Below are positions 38,893 through 52,124 of a stretch of 64,000 nt of DNA, piece after piece. Within the stretch, counting starts at the first letter, position 1, and every line of letters begins with the position of its first letter. The notes beneath the pieces are model-generated. The model worked only from the letters and a program-made list of their open reading frames with translations, did not search any database and was not told the origin of the DNA. The stretch lies in the NCBI GenBank assembly GCA_038087875.1, contig CM075990.1:7318001-7382000 (forward strand), in the 5' to 3' direction. The position numbers and the translations under genes were made by a program. This DNA comes from Malacoraja senta. Its lineage: Eukaryota.

Positions 38893-39701
38893 AGGGGCTG
38901 TCCCACTTGGGCGACCAAATCTGTGAGTTTAGAAGAGTGTCTTCGACCTTCAAACTCGCAGCATGGTCGACACGTGGTCCTATGAGGTCGCTGGAACTCT
39001 CCTTCATGCTCGAGGGAAGATCCAGAATACTCGTGGCCTCAGTTAGGTCGTGGAAAATGTTTCAGCATGTTGAAAACATTTTCGCGAGTAAAATTTGGTC
39101 GACATGGTTCTTTTGAACTCATAGTGCAGTGGAGTGGGGTCGCTATGTAGTTACAGGCAGTCGAGGGCAGCCGTAGGCAATCACCTTCGCTGACCGGGCA
39201 TTTTGATTGGCTCATTGGAGTATTCAGGACCAAGGAAGACCGACCGGTAGGTAAAATGCCCGCTAAACTTTATTATACTTCTTAAAAGTGTCTCCACTCC
39301 TTCTCCTCCCCCCTCCTCCCCCCTCCTCACCCCCCACCCCTCCCCTTCTCCCCCCTTCTCTCCTCCCCCCCCTTCTCTCCCCTTCTCTCTCCTTCTCTCC
39401 TCCTCTCTCCCCCCCCCCTCCGCACTCTCTAAATGACTTACCATTACTGTGCAGCCGTTTTACCTTCATCTTCATCGCGGGTGTGAATTTCAGACTGCGT
39501 CCCCCCCCCCCCCCCCCTTCCCTGGCCCCCGCCATTGCGATGTGTTTGTGTGTGTGTGTGTGCGGTTGGTCGATCCAGCTCGCGGTTTCAACGCGGACGG
39601 TCGATCCAGCTCGAGGCTTTCCAGGCGAGTGCCCTCGAGCTGGAAGGTCGAAGACACTCTTTTTAACTCGCGGATTAGGTCGCCCAAGTGGGACAGCCCC
39701 T
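38893..39701. mobile_element. Harbinger-like MITE (relative of 27193-28100, opposite orientation)
   Basis: TIRs aggggctgtcccacttgggcgacc / ggtcgcccaagtgggacagcccct; TAA duplicated on both flanks. Confidence 0.83.
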
Positions 39702-40233
39702 TAAAGAAGCAGCAAAACATAAAGACCGTGTTCTTTGTGGAATCGTTATCCAACCTCCCCTTTAAGTGACTGAGCAAAGCACCAAATAGATAAAACTCCA
39801 CGGTGAATAATAGCGACAAAATCACAGGTGCTGGAAGTCTGGCATAAAAAGAGAAGATGTGGAAACTCCCAACAGGTCAGGCCGCATATGCGGAGAGAGA
39901 AGGGTTAATGTTGCAGGCCAACGACCCTTCATCGGAGCTGGGAAAGTTGAAGTTGTTTTTGTAGGTTTTTAAGCAGTCACATTCACAAGGATTATTGTTT
40001 CAAAAATTTCCACCAGAAATTCTGCTGAAGGGTCCTCAATCTGAAGCGTGTTGCTCTTTCCACCAATTATTGTGTGTTTTCTGTTTTTATAACAATCCAC
40101 AGGGCAGACAAAGTAAAGGGTTGTTTGAGCCATGGGATATCTGTAAAGGATTAATGAAATACTTGTGGTCTCTTTATTCTTCAGATTGCTGAGGATAAAT
40201 TTTATTAGTGTACTTAAAGGTCGGGCATTTTCT

Positions 40234-40705
40234 TCAAAGGTTCAAAGGTCTTTTATTGTCACATGTACCAATTGAGGTACAGTGATATGCGATACCATAC
40301 AGCCATACGGAGAAAAAAGCAACAAGACACATAACTACATAAAAGTTAACATAAACATCCACCACAGCGGATTCCCCACATTCCCCACTGTGATGGAAGG
40401 CATAAAAGTCCAATCTTCTTCCTCTTTATTCTCCTGCGGTCGGGGCAGCCGAACCATCCGTCGGGGTGATCGAAGCTCCTGCAGCCGGCGGTCGAAGTTC
40501 CCGTGTCGGGGTGATCGAAACTCCCACGGCTTGGAGTTCCCGAAGTCAGTCTCTGACTGGAGATCGCGGGCTCCGTAATGTTCAAGTCCGTGGGCACCCA
40601 CGGTTGGAGCTCAAAGGTCGACCCTGGCAAAGGGATCGCGAGCTCCGCGATGGTAAGTCCGCAGGCGACCGTGGTGGAGCTCTCAAAATCGGTCTCCAGC
40701 AAAGG
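40234..40705 (-). mobile_element. GC-rich non-autonomous retroelement, 5'-truncated
   Basis: Shares 'aaacatccaccacagcggattccccacattccccactgtgatggaaggc' with the 51380 and 20735 copies; (cctttgaa)2 tail. Confidence 0.65.
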
Positions 40706-40711
40706 CTCAGC

Positions 40712-40739
40712 CTGAAGAAGGGTCTCGACCCGAAACGTC
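40712..40739 (+). ncRNA. Minimal hammerhead-ribozyme-like motif in a Penelope-derived repeat (representative intact copy)
   Basis: CTGAAGA-A-GGGT-ctcg-ACCC-GAAA-CG-TC: core boxes, stem II and palindromic ACGT in place of stem III. Confidence 0.6.
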
Positions 40740-40986
40740 GCCCATTCCTTCTCTCCAGAGATGCTGCCTGTCCCGCTGAGTTACTCCAGCATTTTGTGTC
40801 TACCTACCATGTTGCTGCCCTTGCAATTTTTTTTTGATCTGCACTTTCTCTGTCACTGTAACACTTTTTTTTTCTCTTTCACACTACCTGATGTCCTTGT
40901 TTAGTTTAAGTCACCTGGATAGCCCTCAAAACAAATCTTTTTCATTGTACCGTGGTACACATGTCAATAATAAGCAATATACACAG

Positions 40987-42889
40987 TATAGATATTGTAT
41001 TGTATTGTATTGTATTGTATATCTTTATTGTCATTTCCTGAGTATTCGCATACCCAGAGGAAACAAAAAAACGTTCCTCAACCAGTGTCCATTCCAGTGT
41101 GCAGTAAAAAATAAATAGAAGTAAAAATACATATATCATGAACAAATTAACACTCTACTCTACTAAACATCAACAGGCGTTCCGATCGGCAGCGGCACGA
41201 CAGTGGCTCTGCTGCAGTGTGTCCAGGTTGGTGGTTGGTGCACGATACTTTGGCAGGGGACAAAGTCCGTTTATCAGTCTTATAACCTGCGGGAAGAAGC
41301 TGAGGAGCATCCTGCTGGTTTTGCACCTAATGCTCCGGTACCTCTTCCCAGATGGCAGGATGGAGAATATGTGATGGGATGGGTGGTAGGGGTCTTTGAT
41401 GATGGAGATGGCTCTGCTGATACATCTCTTCCTGTATATGTCCAGCAGGAAAGGGAGTGGAGCACCAATAATCCTGCTGGCGGTCTTCACAATCCTGTCT
41501 AGTTGGTGCCGTTCGTACGCCTTGCAGCTCCCGAACCAGGAAGTGATGCCGTAGGTTAATGTGCTCTCGATTGTCCCCCTATAAAAAGTTCGTAGGTGTG
41601 TAGTGGGGAGACCTGCTTTACGTAGTCTTCGGAGAGGGTGTAGTCGCTGCTGGGCTCTCTTGACCAGTGCTGTGGTGTTGGTCATGGACGTCAGGTCATC
41701 TGACAGGTGGAGTCCTAGGAACTTCACGCTGTTGACCCTTTCCACATCAGCTCCATCGATGTGCAGAGGTGTATGGTGTTGTTTTCCCGCCCTCCTGAAG
41801 TCAACCACCATCTCCTTAGTTTTTCCCACGTTGAGAATGAGGTTGTGGGATTTGCACCATCCTGTGAGCAGCTCCACCTCCATCCTGTACGCCGACTCAT
41901 CATTGTCACTGATGAGACCCACCACTGTTGTGTCATCAGCGAACTTGTTGATGAAGTTGTTGTTGAGTCTAGCAGTACAGTCGTGTGTTAGCAGACTAAA
42001 CAGCAGGGGGCTTAGGACACAGCCTTGGGGCGAGCCAGTGCTCACGGCTATGGTTTTTGATGTCCTACTGCCCACCCTGACTGTCTGCTGCCGTTGCGAC
42101 AGAAAGTTCAGGACCCAGTTACATGTGCCAGCATCAACTCCCAATAGCTCCAACTTCTCCACCAACTGCTGCGGAATGATTGTATTAAAAGCAGAGCTGA
42201 AGTCTATGAAGAGGATCCTGGCATAAGTATTTTTCCGATCAAGGTGTGACAGTACGAGGTTCAGTGTTGTTGAGACTGCGTCCTCTGTGGATCGGTTGGC
42301 TCTGTAGGCGAACTGCAGTGGGTCTAGGTCGGCAGGTAGACTATTTTTGATATGCTGCATAACCAGTCGCTCAAAACACTTCATTACTATGGGTGTTAGA
42401 GCCACTGGTCGAAAGTCATTATGGCAGGCTGGGTTTGGTTTCTTCGGGACAAGGACGATGGTGGCACTCTTAAGACAGTTGGGCACTACTGCCTGGCTGA
42501 GTGAGATGTTAAAAATGCCTGTGAAAACATCTTTCAGTTGCTCGGCGCAGTCTCTTAAAACGCATCCAGGAATGTTGTCCGGCCCTGCAGCTTTGCGTGG
42601 GTTGATGCTGGCAAAGGCCTTTTTAACTCCGGCTGCGGACAGCCTGAGCGACTGGTCACTTGGAGATGGCAGTAGTGCACGTGTCTGGGTGGTGTTTCCA
42701 ACCTCAAACCGTGCGTAGAACTCGTTCAGTTCATCTGGTAGAGAGGGGTCGTTTTGGCATATCCGCAGCGGGGGGGGCTTGTAGTCCGTGATGGTATGAA
42801 ATCCCTGCCACAAGCGACGTGTGTCTTTGTCATTTGCGAAGTGGCTGTTAATTTTTTGTCCATACAGCCATAATTTGTCCATAATTTTT
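40987..42889 (-). mobile_element. Rex1/Babar-clade LINE, 5'-truncated
   Basis: (caata)n tail at ~40993-41020; candidate 9-bp TSD tatacacag at 40978-40986 and 42890-42898. Confidence 0.88.
41170..42882 (-). CDS. Rex1/Babar reverse transcriptase, uninterrupted 570-aa frame (no endonuclease part)
   Basis: [87 protein letters not shown]. Confidence 0.9.
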   Translation of the reverse strand: MDKLWLYGQKINSHFANDKDTRRLWQGFHTITDYKPPPLRICQNDPSLPDELNEFYARFEVGNTTQTRALLPSPSDQSLRLSAAGVKKAFASINPRKAAGPDNIPGCVLRDCAEQLKDVFTGIFNISLSQAVVPNCLKSATIVLVPKKPNPACHNDFRPVALTPIVMKCFERLVMQHIKNSLPADLDPLQFAYRANRSTEDAVSTTLNLVLSHLDRKNTYARILFIDFSSAFNTIIPQQLVEKLELLGVDAGTCNWVLNFLSQRQQTVRVGSRTSKTIAVSTGSPQGCVLSPLLFSLLTHDCTARLNNNFINKFADDTTVVGLISDNDESAYRMEVELLTGWCKSHNLILNVGKTKEMVVDFRRAGKQHHTPLHIDGADVERVNSVKFLGLHLSDDLTSMTNTTALVKRAQQRLHPLRRLRKAGLPTTHLRTFYRGTIESTLTYGITSWFGSCKAYERHQLDRIVKTASRIIGAPLPFLLDIYRKRCISRAISIIKDPYHPSHHIFSILPSGKRYRSIRCKTSRMLLSFFPQVIRLINGLCPLPKYRAPTTNLDTLQQSHCRAAADRNAC

Positions 42890-42954
42890 TATACACAGCA
42901 ACTCAAACTTCACTGTACCTTAATTGGTACGTGACAATTTAATTGAATCTTGAA

Positions 42955-43962
42955 ATCGAGATCACTATTACAAAGAGTGCTTGTCATATTTTTATAATAG
43001 TATATTAAATAGAGAATTACCCTCAACAGAGGCACTAAGAGAAGATTGGGAACTTGAACTAATGATAAAGATCCCGAAAGACAGATGGGAAAAGTATCTG
43101 ATGAACACACATAATTGTTCCATTAATGCAAGACATAATTTAATTCAATTTAAATTATTACATAGACTATATTATTCAAAAACGAGGTTGAATAAATTTT
43201 ACCCAAATGTCTCTCCCAGATGCAATAAATGTTTGTTTCAAAATGCCAATATAACACATTCATTTGTAGGATGTACAATGTTGTATACATTTTGGAGCGA
43301 TATATTTGATATATTTACAAAGCTCTTCGTCAAGAATAGAACCTAATATGGAATGGATTATATTTGGAATAATATTAGAAGATATCAATTTAAACAAAGA
43401 CCAAAAAGTATTCTTTAATTATGGGTTAATAATTGGAAAGAAATTGATACTTAAATTTTGGAAAAATACAGCTATACCAACTATTAAAATGTGGACGGAC
43501 ATAGCACACCTTGAAGAAATGAGACTCTGCCTAATAGATAAATATGACCAATTCTTAAGGAGTTGGTCCCCTTTCATCGACTTTTTGGAATCATGTGATG
43601 CAGCAGTACCGTAAAGATTACTGATTTCAGGTCAGGTCGTGGATAGATTTACATCTCCAAACAAAGATTTGAAAAATTTCTTTTTTAAGGGTCTTTTTCT
43701 ACTATTTCTACTTTCTATTTTTTCTTTTCTTATATACACACTTCACGTTTTTCCTATTTTCTACTATTTATTTTTCCTCTTTCTTTTCTCTATTTTATTT
43801 TCTTTATTTTTTTTTATTTTTTACCTCCTTTTCAAAAACATAAAACTAGAGGTTGTACATAGAATGCATTACGTTATGACATAGTTGGCACCTAAAATTA
43901 GGTGCCGCTGTATTGTTTTGTATTGTATTAACTTCTAATAAAATAAAAAAATAAATAAATAA
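42955..43962 (+). mobile_element. L1 3' fragment (ORF2 C-terminus, 3' UTR, A-rich tail)
   Basis: CSINARHNLIQFKLLHRLYYSK..CNKC..THSFVGC is paralogous to 25340-25500; tail ctaataaaataaaaaaataaataaataaa. Confidence 0.9.
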
Positions 43963-44204
43963 AGAGTGCTTGTCTACACGGAGTTTGTACGTGCTCCCCG
44001 TGACCTGCATGAGTTTTCTCCGGGTGCTCCGGTTTCCTCCCGCACTCCAACCATGTACAGGTTTGTAGGCTAATTGTCTTGGTATCATTGTAAATTGTCC
44101 CTAGTGTGCGTACGATTGTGTCAGTGTGCGGTGATCGCTGGTCGGGGATGACTCGGCAGGCCGAAGGGCCTGTTTCCACGCTGTATCTCTAAACTAAACT
44201 AAAC
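43963..44204 (+). mobile_element. HE1-type SINE, 3' portion
   Basis: Body and (taaac)n tail. Confidence 0.82.
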
Positions 44205-44844
44205 CACAATTGTAATTCACAATCCTTGAAGGATGACAGCATTAAAGCATGGCTTCTCATCCACAGACCAATATTGATTATAACACATGTTGCACATGCA
44301 ACCTTGAAGAGGCTGTTGCCGAGAAAACAATAGTTAACAATGCTTCTGGCATAAGTACATAACTATAATGTGTGAAGCAGCAAGCAAAATAATGGGACAT
44401 CAATTAGTAAAGTCAATTGGCCTGGACAGCCATTAAAGAAGGAGAAAGTCATTAATGACTTGAGGCCATCATTAACAGAATGAAACAGCCTATCAAAAGG
44501 ACATTAGCATGGTAGTAACTCCACCTGTATAATGGGCTACATATCAAGGACAACGTTATTACCTGGAAGTAAACTGGTTATTAGTAGTGCCTGAATACCA
44601 TGCTTGGCTCGCTGCTGCTGGGAAGTTTTGTGCTCCTCTCCTTGTATAATATGGACTTTCAGCAGAAGGTAGCAATGTGGAGGAGCAAGCTCCAAGATTC
44701 TCCGTCAAAGAATCGAGAAACTAATTTAGACTCCTAAATCTCTAGAGGGAGAGATAGTCAGCCACGATGGAATGGCGGTGTAGACTTGATGGGCCAAATG
44801 GCCTACTTCTTCTCCTATCACTTATGACCTTAGAGAATCGGCAC

Positions 44845-45118
44845 GGACACAGGCCCTTCGGCCCACCATGTCCATGTTGACCAGCGATCACCCCACACAC
44901 ACTAACACTATTCTAAACACTAGGGAAAATTTACAACTTCACCAAAGCCAATTAACCTGTACATCAAACCTGTACATCTTTGGAGCGTGGGAGGAAACCG
45001 GAGCAGTTGGAGAAAACCCACATGGTCACATCCGTACAGACAGCTCCCATAGTTAGCGTCGGACCCGGGTCTGGCGCTGTGAGGCAGCAACTCTACCACT
45101 GCACCACCGTGCTGCCCA
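44845..45118 (-). mobile_element. HE1-type SINE
   Basis: Ends 'ctctaccactgcaccaccgtgctgccc', the reverse complement of the SINE head. Confidence 0.8.
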
Positions 45119-46394
45119 GTGATAACAGCCAACTACAGAGGGTGGCTGAAACTGGGCAGTAGAACACATTGGTGATAGGTGTGTCAGATTCCTGATTTAT
45201 AAACCTTAATTCAGGTCTCCAGAAGAATGAGTAATATTGACTGTAAACACACACTTCATAGGTAACAAAAACATTAGTGCAAAATTATAAGCTTGAGTTT
45301 CCCAAGGTTAGTTTGAAATAATATTGTTTAAAACTCATTGAGATCCAGTGCTCTTAGAATCATACAGAAGGAAACAAGTCATTTGCCTAAATTGTCGTTG
45401 ACGACCAAGATCCCTTATCGAAGCTGGTCACATGTGCCTGCAATCAGTCCATATCCTTTATCCATCTCACCGCTCAGCCCGGCTTGCTGATGTTCATCTG
45501 TCTGAAGCATGGTCCCGACCCAAAACATCGCTTGTCCATTCTCTCCACAGATGCTGCCTGACCCGTTGAGGTCCTCCAGCACTTTTGTGTTTTTGCTCAA
45601 GAGTCCAGCATCTGCAGTTCCTTGGGTCTGCACCTGTCAGCATTGCTGCCTCTCCACCTTGCACTCTGCCTCTCTCCTCATGCAATCACCCTGATGGACC
45701 TTCCACAAACCGCAGAACTGCTTTAGTTAGTCTTTGCCATTGAACGATCCACAGGAGCAGAATGAGGCCATTCGGCCCATTGAGTCATTCAATCATGGCT
45801 GATCTATCCTTCCCTCCCTTGAATAAATGATTTATCAAAATATGTTCTGCCACATTCTCCAACTGAAATAGTGGATGCAAACACTTTAACATGTTTTGCA
45901 TATGTTTCTCTCCCCCCACAACTCATAACAAGGAAACAATGCAACTGCAGCTCTCCATGACGAACCGACAAATTTACTAACTGTAAACTCATCAATGACA
46001 TTGCCATTCCGTGGGAGTTGATTTTCAAGATTAGAAAGCAGTTGCTATTCACTTGAGAGGGTGGTTAATAGGCGGTGGTGCATCTGATCCACAAAGCCCA
46101 AGTAATTGTTAATTCCTTTGAGGAAAGTTCCCTTTAGCATTTGTGCTGCCAAGCAAACGAAACTTCAATTGTAAGGCCATAATTTTATTTCAAGATCCTT
46201 GAGAATATTCCGATTAAAAACTATAAATTGTAATGAGATGCTGAAATGCTGTTTCTCTTCATTTGACACCGAGAATCAGGAGCCATCCAGGGATTAATTG
46301 AGGAGCAATTTCTTCACTCACGTGTTTACGGGTCTTGGCTCCTTTGGGCTGTAAAGCCCATTCACTGAACATATTCAGGACTTAGATTGATAGA

Positions 46395-46736
46395 AACATA
46401 CAAATATAGGAAACATAGAAAATAGAACATAGAATATAGAAATACAGGAGTAGGCCATTCAGTCCTTCGAGCCAGCAATATGATCATGGCTGATCATCCA
46501 ATGTTAGTATCCCTATTCCTGCTTTCTCCCCATATCCCTTCATTCCATTAGCCCTAAGAGCTACATGTATGTCTAACTCTTTCTTGAAAACATCCAGTAA
46601 ATTGGCCTTCACTGCCTTCTGTGGAAGAGAATTCCACAGATTCACAACTCTCTGGGTGAAAACGTTTTCCTCATCTCATCTCAGTCTTAAATGGCCCACC
46701 CCTTATTCTTAAACTGTGACCCCTGGTTCTGGACTC
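46395..46736 (-). mobile_element. CR1 LINE 3' fragment
   Basis: (catagaa)n tail and CR1 3' block. Confidence 0.82.
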
Positions 46737-47244
46737 AAAAGAACTAGTGCGAAGGGGTGATCGATGGTCAGCGTGGATTCGGTGGGCCAAAGGGCCTGTT
46801 TCCATGCTGTATCTCTGAACTACGCTGATCAGGTTGTCTGGCTGAATGGCAACGAAAGTGTCACGATGCTTTTAAAACACTGGATAAGCTGGTTCACACC
46901 TGGCTGTGCTCAGATCTTTGCAATCCTTGATAGCTCATCCGACACTGGTGTGTCCAGCAGTGGGAAAGGTCGGGATTCAAGATTCCCCCTCAGATTTACA
47001 AATTCTGCCCGACTGTGGAGAATATGGAAGTCAATAAGACACAGCTGTACCTAGTGAATCCAACAAACACAACACAAAGTGTTGGAGGAATCTATTGGGT
47101 CAGGCACCAACTGTGGAGAGAATGGACAGATGTTTCAGGTTGGGACTTGGTTGTCGTGGGGCGAGAGAAACCTAGAGAGGAGGGCCAGGACAAAACTTGG
47201 CAAGTGATAGCTGGATCCAGCTTAGAAATGAAAGGTTAGAGATG

Positions 47245-48485
47245 TAAAAGATCTCCTTCGACACCTCCCACTTCCTCCAGATCCAAGGCATAGCTATGGG
47301 CACTCGCAATGGCCCCAGCTATGCCTGACTTCATCAACTTCACCACTAATTTCCATCCTGCACTCAAATTACCTTGGACCATCTCCGACATCTCCCTACC
47401 GTTTCTAGATCTCACCGTCTCCATCATAGGAAACAGAATATAGACTGACATCCGCTGCAAACCTACAGACACCCATAGCCATCTTGACTACACTTCTTCC
47501 CATCCCGCTTCCTGTAAAGACTCTATCCCCTATTTTCAATTTCTCCATCTACGCCACATCTGCACCCAGGATGAGGTTTTCCATAACAGGGCAACGGAGA
47601 TGTTCTCATTCTTTAGGAAACGGGGGTTCCCCTCTCCCATTATAAATGAGGCTCTCACTAGGGTCTCCTTGATATCCCGCAGCTCTGCTCTTACTCCCCC
47701 CCCCCCCATTCGTAACAAGGACAGAGACCCCTTGTCCTCACCTTCCACCCCATCAGCCGTCGCATACAGCATATAATCCTCCAACACTTTCGCCACCTCC
47801 AACAGGATCCCACTACTGGCCACATCTTCCCATCCCCACCCCTTTCTGCATCCCGCAGAGACCGTTCTTTCCGAAAGTCCCAGGTCAACTCGTCCCTTCC
47901 CACCCAAACCACCCCATCCCCTGGTACTTTCCCCTGCAACCGCAGGAGATGCAACAGCTGTCCCTTTACCTTCCCCCTCGACTCCATCCAAGGACCCAAA
48001 CAGTCTTTCCAGGTGAGGCAGAGGTTCACCTGCACCTCCTCCAACCTCATCTACTGTATCCGCTGTTCCAGGTGTCAACTTCTCTACATCGGCGAGACCA
48101 AGCGCAGGCTCGGCGATCGTTTCGCTGAACTCCCCATCCAATTCCGAATCTGACCTTTCTGTCCTGGGCCTCCTCCATTGTCAGAGTGAGGCCCAGCGCA
48201 AATTGGAGGAACAGCACCTCATATTTCGCTTGGGTAGTTTACACCCCAGCGGTATGAACATTGACTTCTCTAACTTCAGATAGCCTATGCTTTCCCTCTC
48301 TCTCCATCCCCTCACCTTCCCAGTTCTCCCACTAGTCTTACTGTCTCTGACTACATTCTATCTCTGTCCCATCCACTCCCCTGACATCAGTCTGAAGAAG
48401 GGTCTCGACCTGAAACGTCACCCATTCCTTCTCTCCAGAGATGCTGCCTGTCCCGCTGAGTTACTCCGGCATTTGGTGTCTAACT
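47245..48485 (+). mobile_element. Penelope-like element: deleted RT + GIY-YIG endonuclease + 3' repeat
   Basis: Manual translation FHPALKLPWTIS..LPFLDLTV..KPTDTHSHLDYTSSHPASCKDSIPY.QFL; TCTSSNLIYCIRCSRCQLLYIGETKRRLGDRFAE; 3' repeat with hammerhead-like motif at 48392-48419. Confidence 0.9.
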
Positions 48486-49796
48486 TGAAAGAGACAGGAG
48501 TTGAGGGATAAGAGAGGAGTGAAACGTAATGCCAGAGGGAGGAGCGTAGGTGGAAGGGGACAAGGAGGAGAGGAGAGGAGAGAGGTGGGATAAAGGAGAA
48601 ATAAGGGATGCAGGGATGGGAACGGAGTGTGCATAGGAGGGGAAAGAAGCAGGGTGACTGGGGTGAGGGGAGGGGGTGGGATACAGTAGGAGAAACGGGT
48701 TTGCACTGCGGTGGGAGATCGACACAGGAAAGAGATAACCAATGGGGGGAGCATTACGTAAAATTGTGGAATTCAATGTTCATACCATTGGGTTGTAAGG
48801 TGCCCAAGCAGAACACGAGGCGCTGTGCTGCCATGTCTCTGTCAATGCCTCAAGATTAACGGTACAATGCAATAGATCTTTATTTATCCCAGGAGGGAAA
48901 TTGGTCGGCCAACAGTCAATAAAGACGTGATACATGAAATATGAAATTAAAGTGACGAGTGGAAAGGATTGGATATGTGCAAAGATTGGAGTCAGTCTAC
49001 CCCACGACAGAAGGGGGAGGAGTTGTACAGTTCCACAGGGAAGGATGATCTCCTGTGGCGTTCTATACGGCATCTTGGTGGAACCAGTCTCAAGATTCAA
49101 GTGAGTTTATTGTCATGTGTCCCTGATAGGACAATGCAATTCTTGCTTTGCTTCAGCACAACAGAACATAGTAGGCATGAATACAGAACAGATCAGTGTG
49201 TCCATATACCATTATATAAATATATACACACATGAATAAATAAACTGATAAAGTGCAAATAAACAGATTATGGACTATTAATGTTCATAGTTTTGTCTGA
49301 GCCAAGTTTAATAGCCTGATGGCTGTGGGGAAGTAGCTATTCCTGAACCTGGTCGTTGCAGTCTTCAGGCTCCTGTACCTTCTACCTGAAGGTAGCGGGG
49401 AGATGAGTGTGTGGCCAGGATGGTGTGGGTCCTTGATGATACTGCCAGCCTTTTTGAGTTGCTGAAAGTGCTCCTCAGGTTGACTAGTGTGTCATGGAGG
49501 GGGTGAGCTGTATTGAGGAGCATCCTCTCATCCAGGACCACCTCCCATGAACCCAACTACGCCCCCAGGACCGAGCCAGCCTTCCTGATGAGTTTGTTAA
49601 ACCCGATGGTGTCCGCGCCCTTCGCCCTGTTGGCCCAGCACAGGACAGCATAGAAGATGGCACCATCCACAGCGAGTGCTCTCAGGCCATTGTCGTCCGC
49701 CCGGTTGTTCTGTGTCTCAACAAAGACCAGCGACTGAAGAGGATTTTACACAGAGATACGTTCTTAACACACCTGACCTTCTGAGTTATATATTAA

Positions 49797-50662
49797 TGAC
49801 AATGCAGGGTGACGTGGACAGGTTGGGGGAGTGGGCAGATGCATGGCAGATGAAGTTTAATGTGGATAAATGTGAGGTTATCCACTTTGGTATCAAGGCA
49901 GATTACTATCTAAATGGCGTCAAGTTGGGAAAAGGGGAAGTACAACGGGATCTGAGGGTCCTTGTTCATCAGTCTATGAAAGTAAGCATGCCGGTACAGC
50001 AGGCAGTGAAGAAAGCGAACGGCATGTTGGCCTTTATAACAAGAGGAGTCGAGTATAGGAGCAAAGAGGTCCTTCTGCAGTTGTACAGGGCGCTAGTGAG
50101 ACCACATCTGGAGTATTGTGTGCAGTTTTGGTCCCCTAATTTGAGGAAGGACATTCTTGCTATTGAGGGAATGCAGCATAGGTTTACAAGGTTGATTGGC
50201 GGGACTGTCATATACTGAGAGAATGGAGCAGCTGGGCTTGTACACTCTGGAGTTTAGAAGGATGAGAGGGAATCTTATTGAAACATATAAGATTGTTAAG
50301 GGTTTGGACAAGCTAGAGCCAGGAAACATGTTCCCGATGTTGGGGGAGTCCAGAACCAGGGGCCACAGTTTAAGAATAAGGGGTAAGCCATTTAGAACGG
50401 AGACGAGGAAACACTTTTTCTCACAGAGAGTTGTGAGTGTGGAATTCTCTGCCTCAGAGGGCGGTGGAGGCGGGTTCTCTGGATACTTTCAAAACAGAGC
50501 TAGATAGGGCTCTTAAAGATAGCGGAGTCAGGGGATATGGGGAGAAGGCAGGAACGGGGTACTGATTGGGGATGATCAGCCATGATCATATTGAATGGCG
50601 GTGCTGGCTCGAAGGGCCGAATGGCCTACTCCTGCACCTATTGTCTCTTGTCTACTGTCTAT
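49797..50662 (+). mobile_element. CR1 LINE, 5'-truncated
   Basis: QGDVDRLGEWADAWQMKFNVDKCEVIHFG ... LEYCVQFWSP; (ctattgt)n-like tail. Confidence 0.92.
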
Positions 50663-51379
50663 AACTCTAAATCGTCAAAATGAAAAAAAAAGGAAATTAC
50701 TTCTCGATTGTTCTGGCATCTGAATCTCTCGCGCTACTTACCAGAAGACCTGCTGTTCCTCTGAGACCGACTTTATATATTCTGGGATGTGCTGGGAAGC
50801 ACACTCACTGTATCAGCCCCATCTGTGTAATGTCTTTGAAACATTCAATGTATTATGACAGCAGCAATAGCAATGAATTTCAGGAAACATTAATAAATAA
50901 TACAGGTTTAAATATTAAATCTTAAGTCATAAAATCTTAAATGTAATGTTATAACACGCATTCCTATATCTAGCTGAGTAATTTACTTTCTAAATTCCTT
51001 CACAGGATGCGGGTGATACAGTCAAGGCTGGCACTCCAATTGCCCTTGAGAAGGCAGCATTGACGATGGGCAACAGCATCAATATGTGGAGACTTCCTGG
51101 ACTTGGAATCACTGACACTGAAGTATAGTCCAGAGTCAGTGAATGGTCGTCTTGGAGGGGAGGATGCTCCTCAAACTGCGGAGCATCTTGGACAATGCAG
51201 CTCACCCCCTCCTTGACACACTGGTCAACCTGAGGAGCTCCTTCTGCAACAGACTGGTTCTGCCAAGATGCAGCACAGAAGGCCACAGGAGATCATTCTT
51301 CCCTGTGGCTATCAAACTGTACAACTCCTCCCAACTCTATCGTGGGGTAGACTGACTCCTCCCCTCTCCCTCCCCCCCT

Positions 51380-52124
51380 CTTTCCACAAGACACACAACT
51401 GCATAAAAGTTAAGCTAAACATCCACCACAGCTGATTCCCCACATTCCACACCGTGATGGAAGGCAATAAAGTCTAATCTTCTTCCCTCATTTTTCTCCC
51501 TCGGTCGAACGGGGGAGTCGAACGGGGTGATTGAAGCTCCCGCAGCCGGTGGTCGGAGCTCCCACGTCGGGGCGATTGATGCTCCCTGTGTTGGGGCGAT
51601 CGAAGCTCCCATGTCGGGGCTATCAAAGCTCCCGTGTTGGGGCGATCGAAGCTCCCGTGTCGGGGCGATCCAAGTTCCAGCGTTGGGGCAATTGAAGCTC
51701 CTACAGCTTGGAGTTTCCAAAGTCGGTCTCTGACTAGAGACCGCGCGCTCCGTGATGGCAGGTCCCGCAGGCTCCCGCGGCAGAGCTCAGAGGTCGATCC
51801 CTGCCAAAGGGATCATGGGCTCCGTGATGTTAAGTCTGCAGGCGCCCGCGATGGAGCTCCCCGAAGTCAGTCCCCAGCAAAGGCCGCCAACTCCTCGATG
51901 TTAGGCCGCAGTGCCGACGGAGATACCATACGGAAAAGAATCGCATCTCCATCAAGGTAAGAGATTAGAAAAAAGTTCCCCCAACCCCCTTCCCCACCCC
52001 CCCCCCACATAAAACAAGCTAAAGAACACTAAAAACATACATTTAACACATACCAAAAAAACCCAAAGAAGAAAGGAACAGACAGACTGTTGGCGAGGCA
52101 GCTGTTGGCTGGCGCCACCCGTAC
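51380..52124 (-). mobile_element. GC-rich non-autonomous retroelement with internal 23-bp tandem repeats, nested in a LINE 3' end (51135-52195)
   Basis: Unit ~atcgaagctcccgtgtcggggcg repeated at 51525-51700; 5' and 3' blocks shared with 20735-21592. Confidence 0.65.

Noticed and set aside
41203..42718. Plus-strand ORFs of 99-207 aa
   Set aside because: Antisense shadows of the Rex1 RT ORF
47536..48141. Minus-strand ORFs of 201 and 119 aa
   Set aside because: Antisense shadows of the plus-strand Penelope RT/GIY-YIG sequence
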